From Vicinamibacterales bacterium (GTDB lineage Bacteria > Acidobacteriota > Vicinamibacteria > Vicinamibacterales > CAVVIG01): DNA of 64,000 bases. Shown here piece after piece: positions 44,004 to 54,990 of the stretch. Both the position numbers and the translations under genes were made by a program. The notes beneath the pieces were generated by a model. That model was given only the letters and a program-made list of their open reading frames with translations. It made no database searches and was not told the origin of the DNA. Each line of letters opens with the position of its first letter. Position 1 is the first letter of the stretch. The stretch is from contig DATBHR010000099.1 of assembly GCA_036557365.1 (NCBI GenBank), positions 340 to 64,339 of the forward strand, read 5' to 3'.

Positions 44004-46409
44004 TCACTCCGAGCGCAGGGTCATCATCGGATCGACGCGGGTCGCGCGTCGCGCCGGGACGTAACTGCCCGCGAGCGCGATCGCCATCAGGATCGCAGCG
44101 ATCGAAGCAAACGTCGTCGGATCCGTCGGCGTGACGCCGAACAGCAGCGCCGCCATCAGCCGCGTCGTCGCGACGGCGCCTGCGACGCCGAGCACGACGC
44201 CGGCCGCTGCCAGCACGAACGCCTCGCCCAGCACCATCCGCATCACGTCGCTCGTTGTCGCGCCCAGGGCCACTCGGACGCCGAGTTCCCGCGCGCGTTC
44301 AGAGACCGTGTATGCCATGACGCCGTAGATCCCGATGGCGGCCAGCGCGAGGCCGAGGATCGCGAAAATGGCCACCAGCGTCGTGCGGAAGCGCGGTGCG
44401 GCCACGGAGTCGTTCATCAGCTGATCGATCGTGTACAACCGCGTGACCGGCACATCGCGATCCAGTGCGGACACGATCGTTCGGATCGAATTGAGCGCCG
44501 ATCGCGGATCGGCGGAGGTGCGGACCAGCACGTAGCGGCTGTTAAATGGCTGCTGGCGGTCGGCGAGATAGAAGGCCGGCTCCGCCGGCGCGTTGAGGCC
44601 GGAGTACTTGACGTCGCCCACGACGCCCACGATTTCCATCCATGGATTCTTCGGCCGCTCAGAGCCTCCCTGCTTCAATCGTTTGCCGACGGCATTGCCA
44701 CCCGGAAAGTAGCGAGTGGCGAGCGTCTCGTTCACGATGACCGCCCACGGCGCGCCGGGTGCGTCGCGCTCGTCGAAGAATCGGCCAGCCACGAGCGGAA
44801 CGCCAAGCGTCTTGAAATAGTGTTCGTCCACGAAGATGAGCGGCGCGACGGGCGGACTCTGGTTCGGCGGAATCTGCTGTCCTTCCGCGATGAAGTTGTC
44901 CGTCATCGTGTTTCCGTCCGGCGGCACACTCGTCGCACTGCCGACCGACTGGATGGCTGGGTCGGCCTCGAGCCGCGATCGCAGCGCGTCGAACAGCCCG
45001 GAAATTTTCTGCGGCGTGTCGTACCGGCGCTCCGGCAGGTTCAGGCGGAACGTGACGAGATGTGCCGGCGCAAAGCCGGGACTGACGCTCGCCAACGCCG
45101 CCATGCTGCGGATCATCAGGCCTGCGCCGACAGACAGGATCAGCGCCAGCGCAATTTCACAGACGACGAGCGCGCGCTGCGTGCGGCGCTGGCTCATGCC
45201 CGCTCCGCTGCGTCCACCTTCTTTCAGGCTTTCGACGAGCGGCAGTCCGGCGGCCCGGAGTGCCGGCGCGAGGCCGAACAGAACGCCGCACAAGGAAGCG
45301 ACGCCGACGGCGAACGCAAACACGGTCGCGTTCAACCGCACCTCGTCGAGGCGCGGGATTCCGTCGGGCGCGATCGCGAGCAGCGCTCGCGTGCCCCACG
45401 ACGCGATCAGCAGCCCGGCCAGACCGGACAGCACGCCGAGGACCACGCTCTCGGTGACGAGTTGCGCGACGATGCGCGCGCGTCCTGCGCCGATGGCCGT
45501 GCGGACAGCGATCTCACGCGTCCGCGAGCCGGCGCGCGCGAGCAGCAGGTTGGCGACGTTGGCCGTCGCGATCAGGAGCAGGAATCCGACGGCGCCGAAC
45601 AATAGATAGAGCATGCGGCGCACGTTGCCGACCATCTGTTCCTGCAGCGGCACGAGCGAGTACGTCCACTGGTTCGGTCCGGGATAGCTGCGCTTGAGGT
45701 TGTCCGCGATGACGGAAAGATTCGTGCGCGCACGCTCGAGGCTCGTGTCCGCCTTCAGGCGCGCGATCCCTCGCGTGTAGAACGGTCCGCGCCGCGTTGC
45801 CGGTCCTATCGTAAGGATTCGCCAGCCGTCGAGATCCTTCTCCGGAAACGCAAAGGACGCCGGCATCACACCGACAATCGTGTGGCTGACGCCGTCGAGC
45901 AGAACGGACTGGCCGATCGCGCGTTCGTCACCGTGGAAGTGCTGCTGCCAGAACGCCTGGCTCAACACGATGGACTTCGGCACTCCCGGTCCGTCTTCGC
46001 CGTCGTTGAACGTGCGGCCGAGCAGCGGTGCGACGCCGAGCGTCGCGAAGAACCGGTCGGTCACGTTGCGCACGATGATGCGTTCCGCGTTTCCTTCGCC
46101 AGTCAGCGCGAGGCCCTCGCCCCCGTCGTAGGCGGCCACGGACGAGAACGCCTCGTTCTGCTCCCGCCAGGCGATGAAGTCAGCGTCGGGCAGCGGGTAT
46201 GTGTCTCCGTCGTCTCCATGAATCGTCAGTTGAACGAGTCGATCCGGCTGGGCGAACGGCAAGGGACGAAGCAGCACCGCCTCGACCACCGAGAAAATGG
46301 AGGTCGAAGCGCCAACGCCGAGCGCGAGCGTCAGGATGGCGACCGCGGCGAAGCCCGGGCGTTTGACGAGAAGACGCAGTGCGAACCGGACGTCCTGGAG
46401 GGTACGCAT
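44004..46409 (-). CDS. ADOP-family duplicated MacB/FtsX-like permease (orphan: no PadR or ATPase gene adjacent)
   Basis: An 801-aa protein with two MacB_PCD + FtsX modules. It starts LQDVRFALRLLVKRPGFAAVAILTLALGVGASTSIF and ends ...YVPARRATRVDPMMTLRSE. Confidence 0.9.
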   Translation of the reverse strand: MRTLQDVRFALRLLVKRPGFAAVAILTLALGVGASTSIFSVVEAVLLRPLPFAQPDRLVQLTIHGDDGDTYPLPDADFIAWREQNEAFSSVAAYDGGEGLALTGEGNAERIIVRNVTDRFFATLGVAPLLGRTFNDGEDGPGVPKSIVLSQAFWQQHFHGDERAIGQSVLLDGVSHTIVGVMPASFAFPEKDLDGWRILTIGPATRRGPFYTRGIARLKADTSLERARTNLSVIADNLKRSYPGPNQWTYSLVPLQEQMVGNVRRMLYLLFGAVGFLLLIATANVANLLLARAGSRTREIAVRTAIGAGRARIVAQLVTESVVLGVLSGLAGLLIASWGTRALLAIAPDGIPRLDEVRLNATVFAFAVGVASLCGVLFGLAPALRAAGLPLVESLKEGGRSGAGMSQRRTQRALVVCEIALALILSVGAGLMIRSMAALASVSPGFAPAHLVTFRLNLPERRYDTPQKISGLFDALRSRLEADPAIQSVGSATSVPPDGNTMTDNFIAEGQQIPPNQSPPVAPLIFVDEHYFKTLGVPLVAGRFFDERDAPGAPWAVIVNETLATRYFPGGNAVGKRLKQGGSERPKNPWMEIVGVVGDVKYSGLNAPAEPAFYLADRQQPFNSRYVLVRTSADPRSALNSIRTIVSALDRDVPVTRLYTIDQLMNDSVAAPRFRTTLVAIFAILGLALAAIGIYGVMAYTVSERARELGVRVALGATTSDVMRMVLGEAFVLAAAGVVLGVAGAVATTRLMAALLFGVTPTDPTTFASIAAILMAIALAGSYVPARRATRVDPMMTLRSE

Positions 46410-46544
46410 GCGGGTTAGACGGAAGGGGAGAGCAGGGAGTTGGCCGACAGGCGCAACGTTCGACTGGCGTGTCGGTGAGTCCGCGGCGCGCCGCCTCGCG
46501 TGGGCTCGGCGGGCGCGCCCGACTCAGTGTTACAGCTGACGGAG

Positions 46545-47006
46545 CTACTTCTTGCGGCGGTTGTAGGTCACGTGCGTGACCCCGGTGATCTTTCCATCCT
46601 TGTCCATCCGGATGTACTCGTTGTTGATCGTGTTGTTGTCGGCCGTCAACGTATTGATCACGACCTGGTAGACCACGCCGTTCCGCTTGTTGTAGATGCG
46701 GGTGCTCTTGTCGTTGATGACCTCGACCGCCGTCTCGGAGTTCTGCTGACCCTCGACCGGGCGGAATTTGCCGTCGAACATCGTGACGTAGCTCCACGTG
46801 GCCTTCGGATCGCTCGGATTGCTGACCGTGATCTTCATGCCGCCCTTCTCGTAGGGCTCGTACGTCATGACGTTGTTCGGGTTCGTCGAATTGTCCCAGA
46901 CCCCGAATCGCGTCTCGCCCTGCGCCCATGCCGGCATGGCGGAGACGATGGCGGCGGTGATCGCCGCCAGAGAGATAGTAAGAATTCGCTGCTTCATCGA
47001 TGACAC
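46545..47006 (-). CDS. small secreted hypothetical protein (possibly lipocalin-like)
   Basis: It has a signal peptide, LTISLAAITAAIVSAMPAWAQ, followed by a GVW motif and beta-rich sequence. Its GC content is noticeably lower than its neighbours. Confidence 0.4.
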   Translation of the reverse strand: MSSMKQRILTISLAAITAAIVSAMPAWAQGETRFGVWDNSTNPNNVMTYEPYEKGGMKITVSNPSDPKATWSYVTMFDGKFRPVEGQQNSETAVEVINDKSTRIYNKRNGVVYQVVINTLTADNNTINNEYIRMDKDGKITGVTHVTYNRRKK

Positions 47007-47065
47007 CTCTTTGTCGCCACAAGGGCGCCTGTCAGCATACCGCAGGCGCCCCCCGATCGGCGGGA

Positions 47066-49249
<2,184 letters not shown>

Positions 49250-49255
49250 TTACCT

Positions 49256-49750
49256 CTATTTCTTGTGGGAGCGTGCTCGGGTCGTCCGGCGTCGCCGACC
49301 GCGTGCAGGCGGCCGCCTGCGTGACGCCGTGTGCGCCTTGGCGAGGCAGTCCGGACACCGGCCCCAATAGGCGACTTCCGCCTCCTCGATCTCGTAACCC
49401 CCATCATCCATCGCCGTGAGACATGGAGCCGAGCCCACGGCGCAGTCGACGTCGACGACGCGGCCGCAGACGCGACAGATGAGATGATGGTGATTGTCGC
49501 CGACGCGATCCTCGAATCGAGCCGGCGAGCCGGCAGGCTGGATGCGCCGAATCAGGCCTTCGGTGACCAGAAGTCCCAGCGCATCGTAGACCGACTGCAG
49601 CGAGATCGCACCGATCTCTGCGCGAACCGCATCAGCTACAGCGTCGGCCGTGATGTGCGGCTCCGCGGCGACGGCGCGCAGCACTGCGAGCCGCTGCGCA
49701 GTGACCTGGATGCCGCGCTGCCGAAGCACGTCGCGCTTGTCGCTGTTCAT
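49256..49750 (-). CDS. furA: Fur-family transcriptional regulator (FurA/PerR-like, upstream of katG)
   Basis: It contains [29 protein letters not shown] and GRCPDC (two CxxC pairs). The last ~30 residues form an unusual basic tail, [21 protein letters not shown]. Confidence 0.85.
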   Translation of the reverse strand: MNSDKRDVLRQRGIQVTAQRLAVLRAVAAEPHITADAVADAVRAEIGAISLQSVYDALGLLVTEGLIRRIQPAGSPARFEDRVGDNHHHLICRVCGRVVDVDCAVGSAPCLTAMDDGGYEIEEAEVAYWGRCPDCLAKAHTASRRRPPARGRRRRTTRARSHKK

Positions 49751-49760
49751 GCCGCCCAGG

Positions 49761-49789
49761 AGAATACATCAAGATCTGGATTGACTCAA
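49761..49789 (-). promoter_or_regulatory. candidate sigma-70-type promoter for furA-katG in an AT-rich patch
   Basis: The minus strand reads TTGAGT-17 nt-TATTCT, ending about 10 nt before the furA ATG, which implies a near-leaderless mRNA. The spacer contains TCAAtccAGATCTTGA-type dyad symmetry. Confidence 0.3.
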
Positions 49790-49842
49790 AAATTGGATGC
49801 GAGCCGAACTAAGCTGATCAGAGCGCCAAAAGCTCAGCCGGT

Positions 49843-50292
49843 TCAATCGATGAAGCGACTTCGGAACTCGGGTCTGGGAATGGGGCAGCTGTCGTAGCGT
49901 CCGAACACGCGGTACCGGTATCGCGCCACGATCTCATAGACGCCGTCGCGGATCCGCTTCGGCACGATGTGCATCAGCCGAGCAGCTTTCCACGGCCAAC
50001 CCAATTCTCCGGCGAGAAACAGCGCAGCGTCGCTCTTCGTCAGGACGCGCGCAGCCGGCGTCCCACGCGCGGCGACGACGTAGAACGTTGTGAGCTCGCC
50101 CGGATCGCCGCCGGTCTGCGACACGATCGACTGACCGAGGCTGCCCTGCAGCGACGCGAAGCGAAAGACACCGCGGTGATCGTGTTTCAGCAGAAAGCGG
50201 AGAACACCGTTGCACAGTCCGCAGACGCCGTCATACAGCACCAGGTGCGTATGGCCTGAGAGCGGGCCGGCTCTGGCACCCTTTCGGATCAT
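49843..50292 (-). CDS. thiol-disulfide oxidoreductase, DCC family (second paralogue)
   Basis: It has LVLYDGVCGLCNGVLRFLLKHDHRG and a C-terminal RYRYRVFGRYDSC, parallel to 5181..5630. Confidence 0.8.
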   Translation of the reverse strand: MIRKGARAGPLSGHTHLVLYDGVCGLCNGVLRFLLKHDHRGVFRFASLQGSLGQSIVSQTGGDPGELTTFYVVAARGTPAARVLTKSDAALFLAGELGWPWKAARLMHIVPKRIRDGVYEIVARYRYRVFGRYDSCPIPRPEFRSRFID

Positions 50293-50717
50293 TTCGGTCG
50301 TCGCGCCGCAGACTTGCGAGAGACGGTCTTGCGATCCTTCGCCGCGATCAGTTGAAACGCTTCCCTGACCAGCGCTCCCAGTTGATCGTCATCCACCTTC
50401 GCCAGTTCGACGCCAACCCAGCCGGCAGGCCCAACGTACGGCGGGCGGAAGTAGACGTCCGGCGCTTCCTCGATCAACGCCTCCTGCACGCCTGGTGCTG
50501 CAGGAAGCCACACAGCCACGTGCCCGTCGTCATGGTGATTGTTGGCGAACATGGCGAAGACGCGTTTGGGCGTGAAGAACGTTGGTTCGCCGTGGGAGAT
50601 TTTCTCGATCGCGCCCGGAGTCGACAGGCAGATCCGACGGAGGCGCTCGATCTGCGTGCCGTCGTCCTTCCGGCGTGCTGGCGTGAACGTGCGCTGCGCG
50701 TTCGTGCGCGTTCTCAT
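50289..50717 (-). CDS. MmcQ/YjbR family DNA-binding protein
   Basis: It contains LRRICLSTPGAIEKISHGEPTFFTPKRVFAMFANN...YFRPPYVGPAGWVGVEL. It overlaps the DCC start by 4 nt. Confidence 0.65.
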   Translation of the reverse strand: MRTRTNAQRTFTPARRKDDGTQIERLRRICLSTPGAIEKISHGEPTFFTPKRVFAMFANNHHDDGHVAVWLPAAPGVQEALIEEAPDVYFRPPYVGPAGWVGVELAKVDDDQLGALVREAFQLIAAKDRKTVSRKSAARRPK

Positions 50718-50810
50718 CGTGCCTCGCTGGCGTCAGGAAGTGCGCGTCGATTCTAGTCGAATGTTTCGGACTCTTGCGCGAAACGACTGGACGCGTTAGG
50801 GTGCACGCGC

Positions 50811-51821
50811 ATGAGAGCCGATCGGATCGCGGTCGTGATCACGGCGACGCTGGTGTCGGCGGTGTGTCTGCACGCGATGGCCGTCCGCGAGCCTGCGCCG
50901 GCTCCTGCTGCCCGTCAGAGCCGTGTCGCCGTCGGCGACGCGTCGCTCTACGTTCGGGAAATCGGCAGGGGTCAGCCGGCGATTGTTCTGCACGGCGGAC
51001 CCGACTTCGATTCGGCGTATCTGCTGCCAGACCTCGATCGCCTCGCGGACAAACTCAGGCTCATTTACTACGACCAGCGCGGACGCGGGAAGTCGGCGGC
51101 GCACGTGCATCCCGAGGAGGTGTCGCTTGCGTCCGATCTGGACGATCTCGACAGGATCCGTCGGCATTTCTCGCTGAAGGCGCCCATTCTGCTCGGACAC
51201 TCGTGGGGAACCGTTCTCGCGCTCGAGTACGCGCTTCGGCATCCTGCAAATGTGTCGCGCCTGATCCTCATGAATCCGGCGCCGGCGTCCGCAGCGGACG
51301 TGGCGCTGTTCCGCACCGCCTACATCCAGGCGCTCGGTTCCGACATGGTTCGCCAGCGCGCCATCGTCCAGACTGCCGCATACCTGGAAGGCGATCCCGA
51401 GACGGTGGCGTCGCGGTATCGCATCCACTTCAAGCCGGCATTCGAGAGCACGGACGCGTACGAGAAGTTGATGGCCACGATGAAGACGGCGTTTGTCCGC
51501 CAGGGAAAAACTGGAATCGTCGAAGCACGCGCCGTCGAGGACCGCTTGATGCGGGATACGTGGGAAATTGACGGCTACGATCTCCTGCCGAAACTTCGCA
51601 GCCTGAACGTGCCGACGCTCGTCATGACCGCGGACCACGATTTCATTCCCGTCGACGTGGCCTCGCATATCGCCGATGCGCTGCCGAAGGCGCAGCTCTT
51701 CACGATCAAGCACTGTGGACACTTCGCGTACCTCGAATGTCCCGGCGATGTCCGGCGTGCCGTCGATAATTTCCTGGCACCAGCGCAGACAACGTCTTCC
51801 AGGCCGGCGAAACGAGACTGA
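50811..51821 (+). CDS. alpha/beta hydrolase (proline iminopeptidase-like), secreted
   Basis: It contains PAIVLHGGPDFDS, the nucleophile elbow LLGHSWGT and a C-terminal HCGHFAYLECP. The N-terminus is signal-like. Confidence 0.8.
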   Translation: MRADRIAVVITATLVSAVCLHAMAVREPAPAPAARQSRVAVGDASLYVREIGRGQPAIVLHGGPDFDSAYLLPDLDRLADKLRLIYYDQRGRGKSAAHVHPEEVSLASDLDDLDRIRRHFSLKAPILLGHSWGTVLALEYALRHPANVSRLILMNPAPASAADVALFRTAYIQALGSDMVRQRAIVQTAAYLEGDPETVASRYRIHFKPAFESTDAYEKLMATMKTAFVRQGKTGIVEARAVEDRLMRDTWEIDGYDLLPKLRSLNVPTLVMTADHDFIPVDVASHIADALPKAQLFTIKHCGHFAYLECPGDVRRAVDNFLAPAQTTSSRPAKRD

Positions 51822-51833
51822 CCGGCTCCGCCG

Positions 51834-53267
51834 TCAGCGGTTGTGGGTGTCCTTCAGCAGCGGTGCAGGCACCGGCTCGCCGGTGAGCGTTGTGAGGAAC
51901 GCTTTCAGCGCACGCTTTTCCTCGTTCGACAGGTGCAGCGGTCGAATCTCCTTCGGCTCGCCCAGAAAGGTACCGTCCGAATCGCCGCCGCGATCGTAGA
52001 ACTCGATCACCTCGTCCAGTGTCGCGGCTTGGCCGCTGCGGAAGTACGGCGCGGTTTCGGCGACCTGTCGAAGGCCCTTGGTCCGCCAGCGTCCGACCGG
52101 AATGGACTGGGTGCAGAAGCCTTGGTTGCGCGTCGTGGCGGGATCGTCGCTGAAGTGACCGTTGACGCTGAAATCGCCGCCGGCCACGGACGGATCGCAG
52201 ATGAGCGGCTGGTTGGCCACGCGGCCCTGTTCCTTGGGATCGGCGTGCGGCGACCGCGTCGTGTCGATCGCGAGACCGGTGACATGAAAATCGTCGTCTG
52301 AAAACAGCGGCGTGTTGTGGCAATGGACGCATCCCGCCTTGCCGACGAACAACTTCAGGCCGAGCGTCGCGTCGCGAGAGATGGCGTTGCGATCGCCGGC
52401 GACGAACCGATCGAACGGCGCGTTCCGGCTGACGAGTTTTCGAAGGTACGCTTCGATGGCCTTGCCGTAGTTCGCCAGGATGCGATTGACGATCTCCTGA
52501 TCGTCGTGGCTCAGACGGGTCCAGTTCGCGGTGTCGGTGGACGGCGACCCGGTGGCGGGAAACCGCTTGTAATCGGCCAGCGTCGGATCGAGCGGCCACT
52601 CCGGAAACGCGGCTTCATAATCGCGCCGATAGTGTTCGAAGATCAGGTGCGCCAGCTGCAGACGGCTGCCGTTCTGGACCGGCGGACCCTCGGGCTCGCT
52701 TTGCGCATCGAACCACACCGAATCAGAGAACCCGTCGTTCTCGCGCCAATGCGCGCCGGATCCCGCGTGCACGTAGAACACCGTGTTGACGAGGCTGCTC
52801 GCGTTGCGCGTCATCCATTGCGAGCCGAGCGCCGTCGCGTTCGGGATCGGACCGCCGTTGTTCGAGCGGATGTCGAACAGCCACTTCGACTCCGGCATGT
52901 GGCAATTCCGGCACGCGATCTTGCCGGACTCGCCGACGCGGCCGAGTTGACCCTCCGCGCGTGTGCCCGCCTGGATCGGTCCTGAAAGGCGCGGTTCGAA
53001 AAACAGTTGCTGACCGAGACGAGCCGCAGCAGGCGAGTCGCTGTACTTGTTCGTCGTGTCGCCGGGAACTGGCGGAAGCGGCGAGAGCGTTTTGACAGTG
53101 GCCCACTCCGCCTGCGTAAAGTCGGCCCGCGTGGAGTCAGCCGTCTGGGATGCCGGTCCTGCCGACATCATGCTGCATGCTGTGGCGATCACAGCGAAGT
53201 GGCACAGCGGCTTCAGTTTTCTCGACATCGACGGCTCCAGGCCTGCGAACAGAAAGCTCCTCAGCAT
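51834..53267 (-). CDS. di-haem cytochrome c peroxidase (CCP/MauG family)
   Basis: Two CxxCH haem motifs are present (CRNCHMP and CVHCHNT), along with the conserved APYFRSG block. A signal peptide is present. An alternative start lies at 53228. Confidence 0.85.
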   Translation of the reverse strand: MLRSFLFAGLEPSMSRKLKPLCHFAVIATACSMMSAGPASQTADSTRADFTQAEWATVKTLSPLPPVPGDTTNKYSDSPAAARLGQQLFFEPRLSGPIQAGTRAEGQLGRVGESGKIACRNCHMPESKWLFDIRSNNGGPIPNATALGSQWMTRNASSLVNTVFYVHAGSGAHWRENDGFSDSVWFDAQSEPEGPPVQNGSRLQLAHLIFEHYRRDYEAAFPEWPLDPTLADYKRFPATGSPSTDTANWTRLSHDDQEIVNRILANYGKAIEAYLRKLVSRNAPFDRFVAGDRNAISRDATLGLKLFVGKAGCVHCHNTPLFSDDDFHVTGLAIDTTRSPHADPKEQGRVANQPLICDPSVAGGDFSVNGHFSDDPATTRNQGFCTQSIPVGRWRTKGLRQVAETAPYFRSGQAATLDEVIEFYDRGGDSDGTFLGEPKEIRPLHLSNEEKRALKAFLTTLTGEPVPAPLLKDTHNR

Positions 53268-53273
53268 ATCGCG

Positions 53274-54173
53274 TCAATCGTCACTCAGGACGGCGCTCAA
53301 CGTGGCACTGCCCAACGCCGCGAGCGCGCCATCGTCGCGCGAGTTCGCGAGGTACGCGAGCGACAGTGCGAGCGCCCAGCCCCGCGCGCGCATCACGATA
53401 TCGCGATCGACGGAGTAGAATGCCGCGCCCGCCGCTTCGACGAACGCCGAACGCGCTGAACCTGGCAACAGCATCCACATGACCGATAGATCGGTCGCCG
53501 GATCGCCGGCGGTCAGATCGCCGAAATCGACGATGGCCGAGAGGTGACCGTCGAAGATGACGAGGTTGCCCGGATGAAGATCGCCATGGAGCCACAACGG
53601 CGGTCCTGACCATGCCGGCGCAGCGAGCGCACGTTGCCATAGATCGAGCGCCGCTCGCTGATCGACCAGACCGCCGAGCCGAGCGAGGTGCGTTCGCACG
53701 GATGCCGCGCGTCCAGCCAACGGAATTCCTCGCCACGGGTTGAGCGGCGCATCATCGGGTGCGGGTCGATGAAGCGCGGCGAGAAACGATCCGAGCTCGA
53801 TGCCCGTGGCAACGAAATCGTGAGGCGGCTCGAGCAGCGCCGGGCGCCCCGGAAACCACGAAGTGACCGACCATGACCACGGATAGCCACGGCCTGGCAG
53901 GCCGATACGGCGCGGCACAGGAATCGGCAGCGGCAAGCGCGGCGCCAGCTCTCCAAGCCATCGCTGCTCGTGTGCAATGAGCGTCGCCGCGGCCGCACGG
54001 CGCGGCAGACGGACCGCCAGCGAATCGCCCAGGCGAAACAGCTTGTTGTCCCATCCCTCGCCGACGTCCTCGAGCGACAGATGGGCGAGATCCGGATGCT
54101 GATCCTGAAGAAGAGCCCGCACCAGCGGCGCGTCGATCGACACTTCCGCGGGCGGCTTTGCGCTGATCGTCAT
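53274..54173 (-). CDS. aminoglycoside phosphotransferase (APH) family protein
   Basis: It contains GEGWDNKLFRLGDSLAVRLPRR, the catalytic loop LWLHGDLHPGNLVI and the Mg site IVDFGDLTAGDPATDL. ATG is at 54171-54173. Confidence 0.8.
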   Translation of the reverse strand: MTISAKPPAEVSIDAPLVRALLQDQHPDLAHLSLEDVGEGWDNKLFRLGDSLAVRLPRRAAAATLIAHEQRWLGELAPRLPLPIPVPRRIGLPGRGYPWSWSVTSWFPGRPALLEPPHDFVATGIELGSFLAALHRPAPDDAPLNPWRGIPLAGRAASVRTHLARLGGLVDQRAALDLWQRALAAPAWSGPPLWLHGDLHPGNLVIFDGHLSAIVDFGDLTAGDPATDLSVMWMLLPGSARSAFVEAAGAAFYSVDRDIVMRARGWALALSLAYLANSRDDGALAALGSATLSAVLSDD

Positions 54174-54562
54174 CGATGGTTCGGACTGCGCATTATCCGT
54201 CTTCGCGCGCGTGCGACGGCGTCGCCCGTTCTCATCCATCGATTCGGCGTCAAAACCGAAAGGTCGAGCTTGAAGAGAATGGTCGAGAGCGTACCGGCGG
54301 CATCTGTCGACTCGCGGCTGACGGTACGGTGGGCGTCAACATCGGCCCGAACGCGGCGATGCCGACGCCCGCGTTGAGCCGCTGTCTATCTCGGCAAGAC
54401 TGCGACCGAGGACAGCTACATCGGCCTCGCGACCGTGACGGTCGCCGCCGACGGCAAGTCCGGCAGCTCGCGCTGAACGATGGCAAAGCCGCAGGCACGT
54501 TCGACTGCGGCGGGCCGCCGACGCGCTGAGCGGTTCTCGAGCATCTCGCGCCAGCGCTGTCG

Positions 54563-54592
54563 TTGACAGTAGACACTCTACTACGACACAAT
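54563..54592 (+). promoter_or_regulatory. candidate promoter/operator of the third PadR-permease operon
   Basis: TTGACA (54563-54568), an 18-nt spacer and CACAAT (54587-54592) lie about 40 nt before the PadR ATG. The spacer carries the AGTAG-N5-CTACT dyad. A second dyad, CGGCAC-N5-GTGCCG, lies just downstream. Confidence 0.3.
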
Positions 54593-54632
54593 CCCGCCAT
54601 CCGGGTACGGCACCGACCGTGCCGATCGCGTC

Positions 54633-54980
54633 ATGGCGAAGAAATCGTCCCCGCGTCTGGAGCTTTTGCAGGGCACGCTCGACATGCTGGTCCTGCGCGC
54701 CCTTGTCTTCGGTCCCCTCCACGGGCACGCCATCGCGACGCACATCCAGCGCACGTCCGAGGAGATGCTGCGCGTGGATCACGGCTCCCTGTATCCAGCG
54801 CTCTATCGACTCAAACGCCGCGGCTGGATCGCGTCGAGCTGGGAGGCGATGCCCGATCGCAATCGGGAGGCGAAGTACTACCGATTGACGCCGGCCGGAA
54901 AGAAGCACCTGGCGCGCGAACACTCGAAGTGGCGTCAGCTGGCGCGCGCAATCGGCCTCGTCATGGAACCGGTGCGATAG
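54633..54980 (+). CDS. PadR family transcriptional regulator
   Basis: LLQGTLDMLVLRALVFGPLHGHAIATHIQRTSEEMLRVDHGSLYPALYRLKRRGWIASSWE...NREAKYYRLTPAGKKHL. Confidence 0.9.
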   Translation: MAKKSSPRLELLQGTLDMLVLRALVFGPLHGHAIATHIQRTSEEMLRVDHGSLYPALYRLKRRGWIASSWEAMPDRNREAKYYRLTPAGKKHLAREHSKWRQLARAIGLVMEPVR

Positions 54981-54990
54981 GGAGGCTCTC

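Noticed and set aside
46485-46519. An 11-bp GC-rich stem (GGCGCGCCGCC ... GGCGGGCGCGCC) between the small secreted-protein gene and the orphan ADOP permease
   Set aside because: It is a plausible transcript-end structure, but it has one bulge and no U-tract, so it was not called as a terminator.
54250-54530. Short protein-like strings in the 460-bp APH-PadR gap (for example YLGKTATEDSYIGLATVTVAADGKSGSSR)
   Set aside because: There is no start codon, each frame is under 35 codons, and no family was recognised. It was left unannotated.
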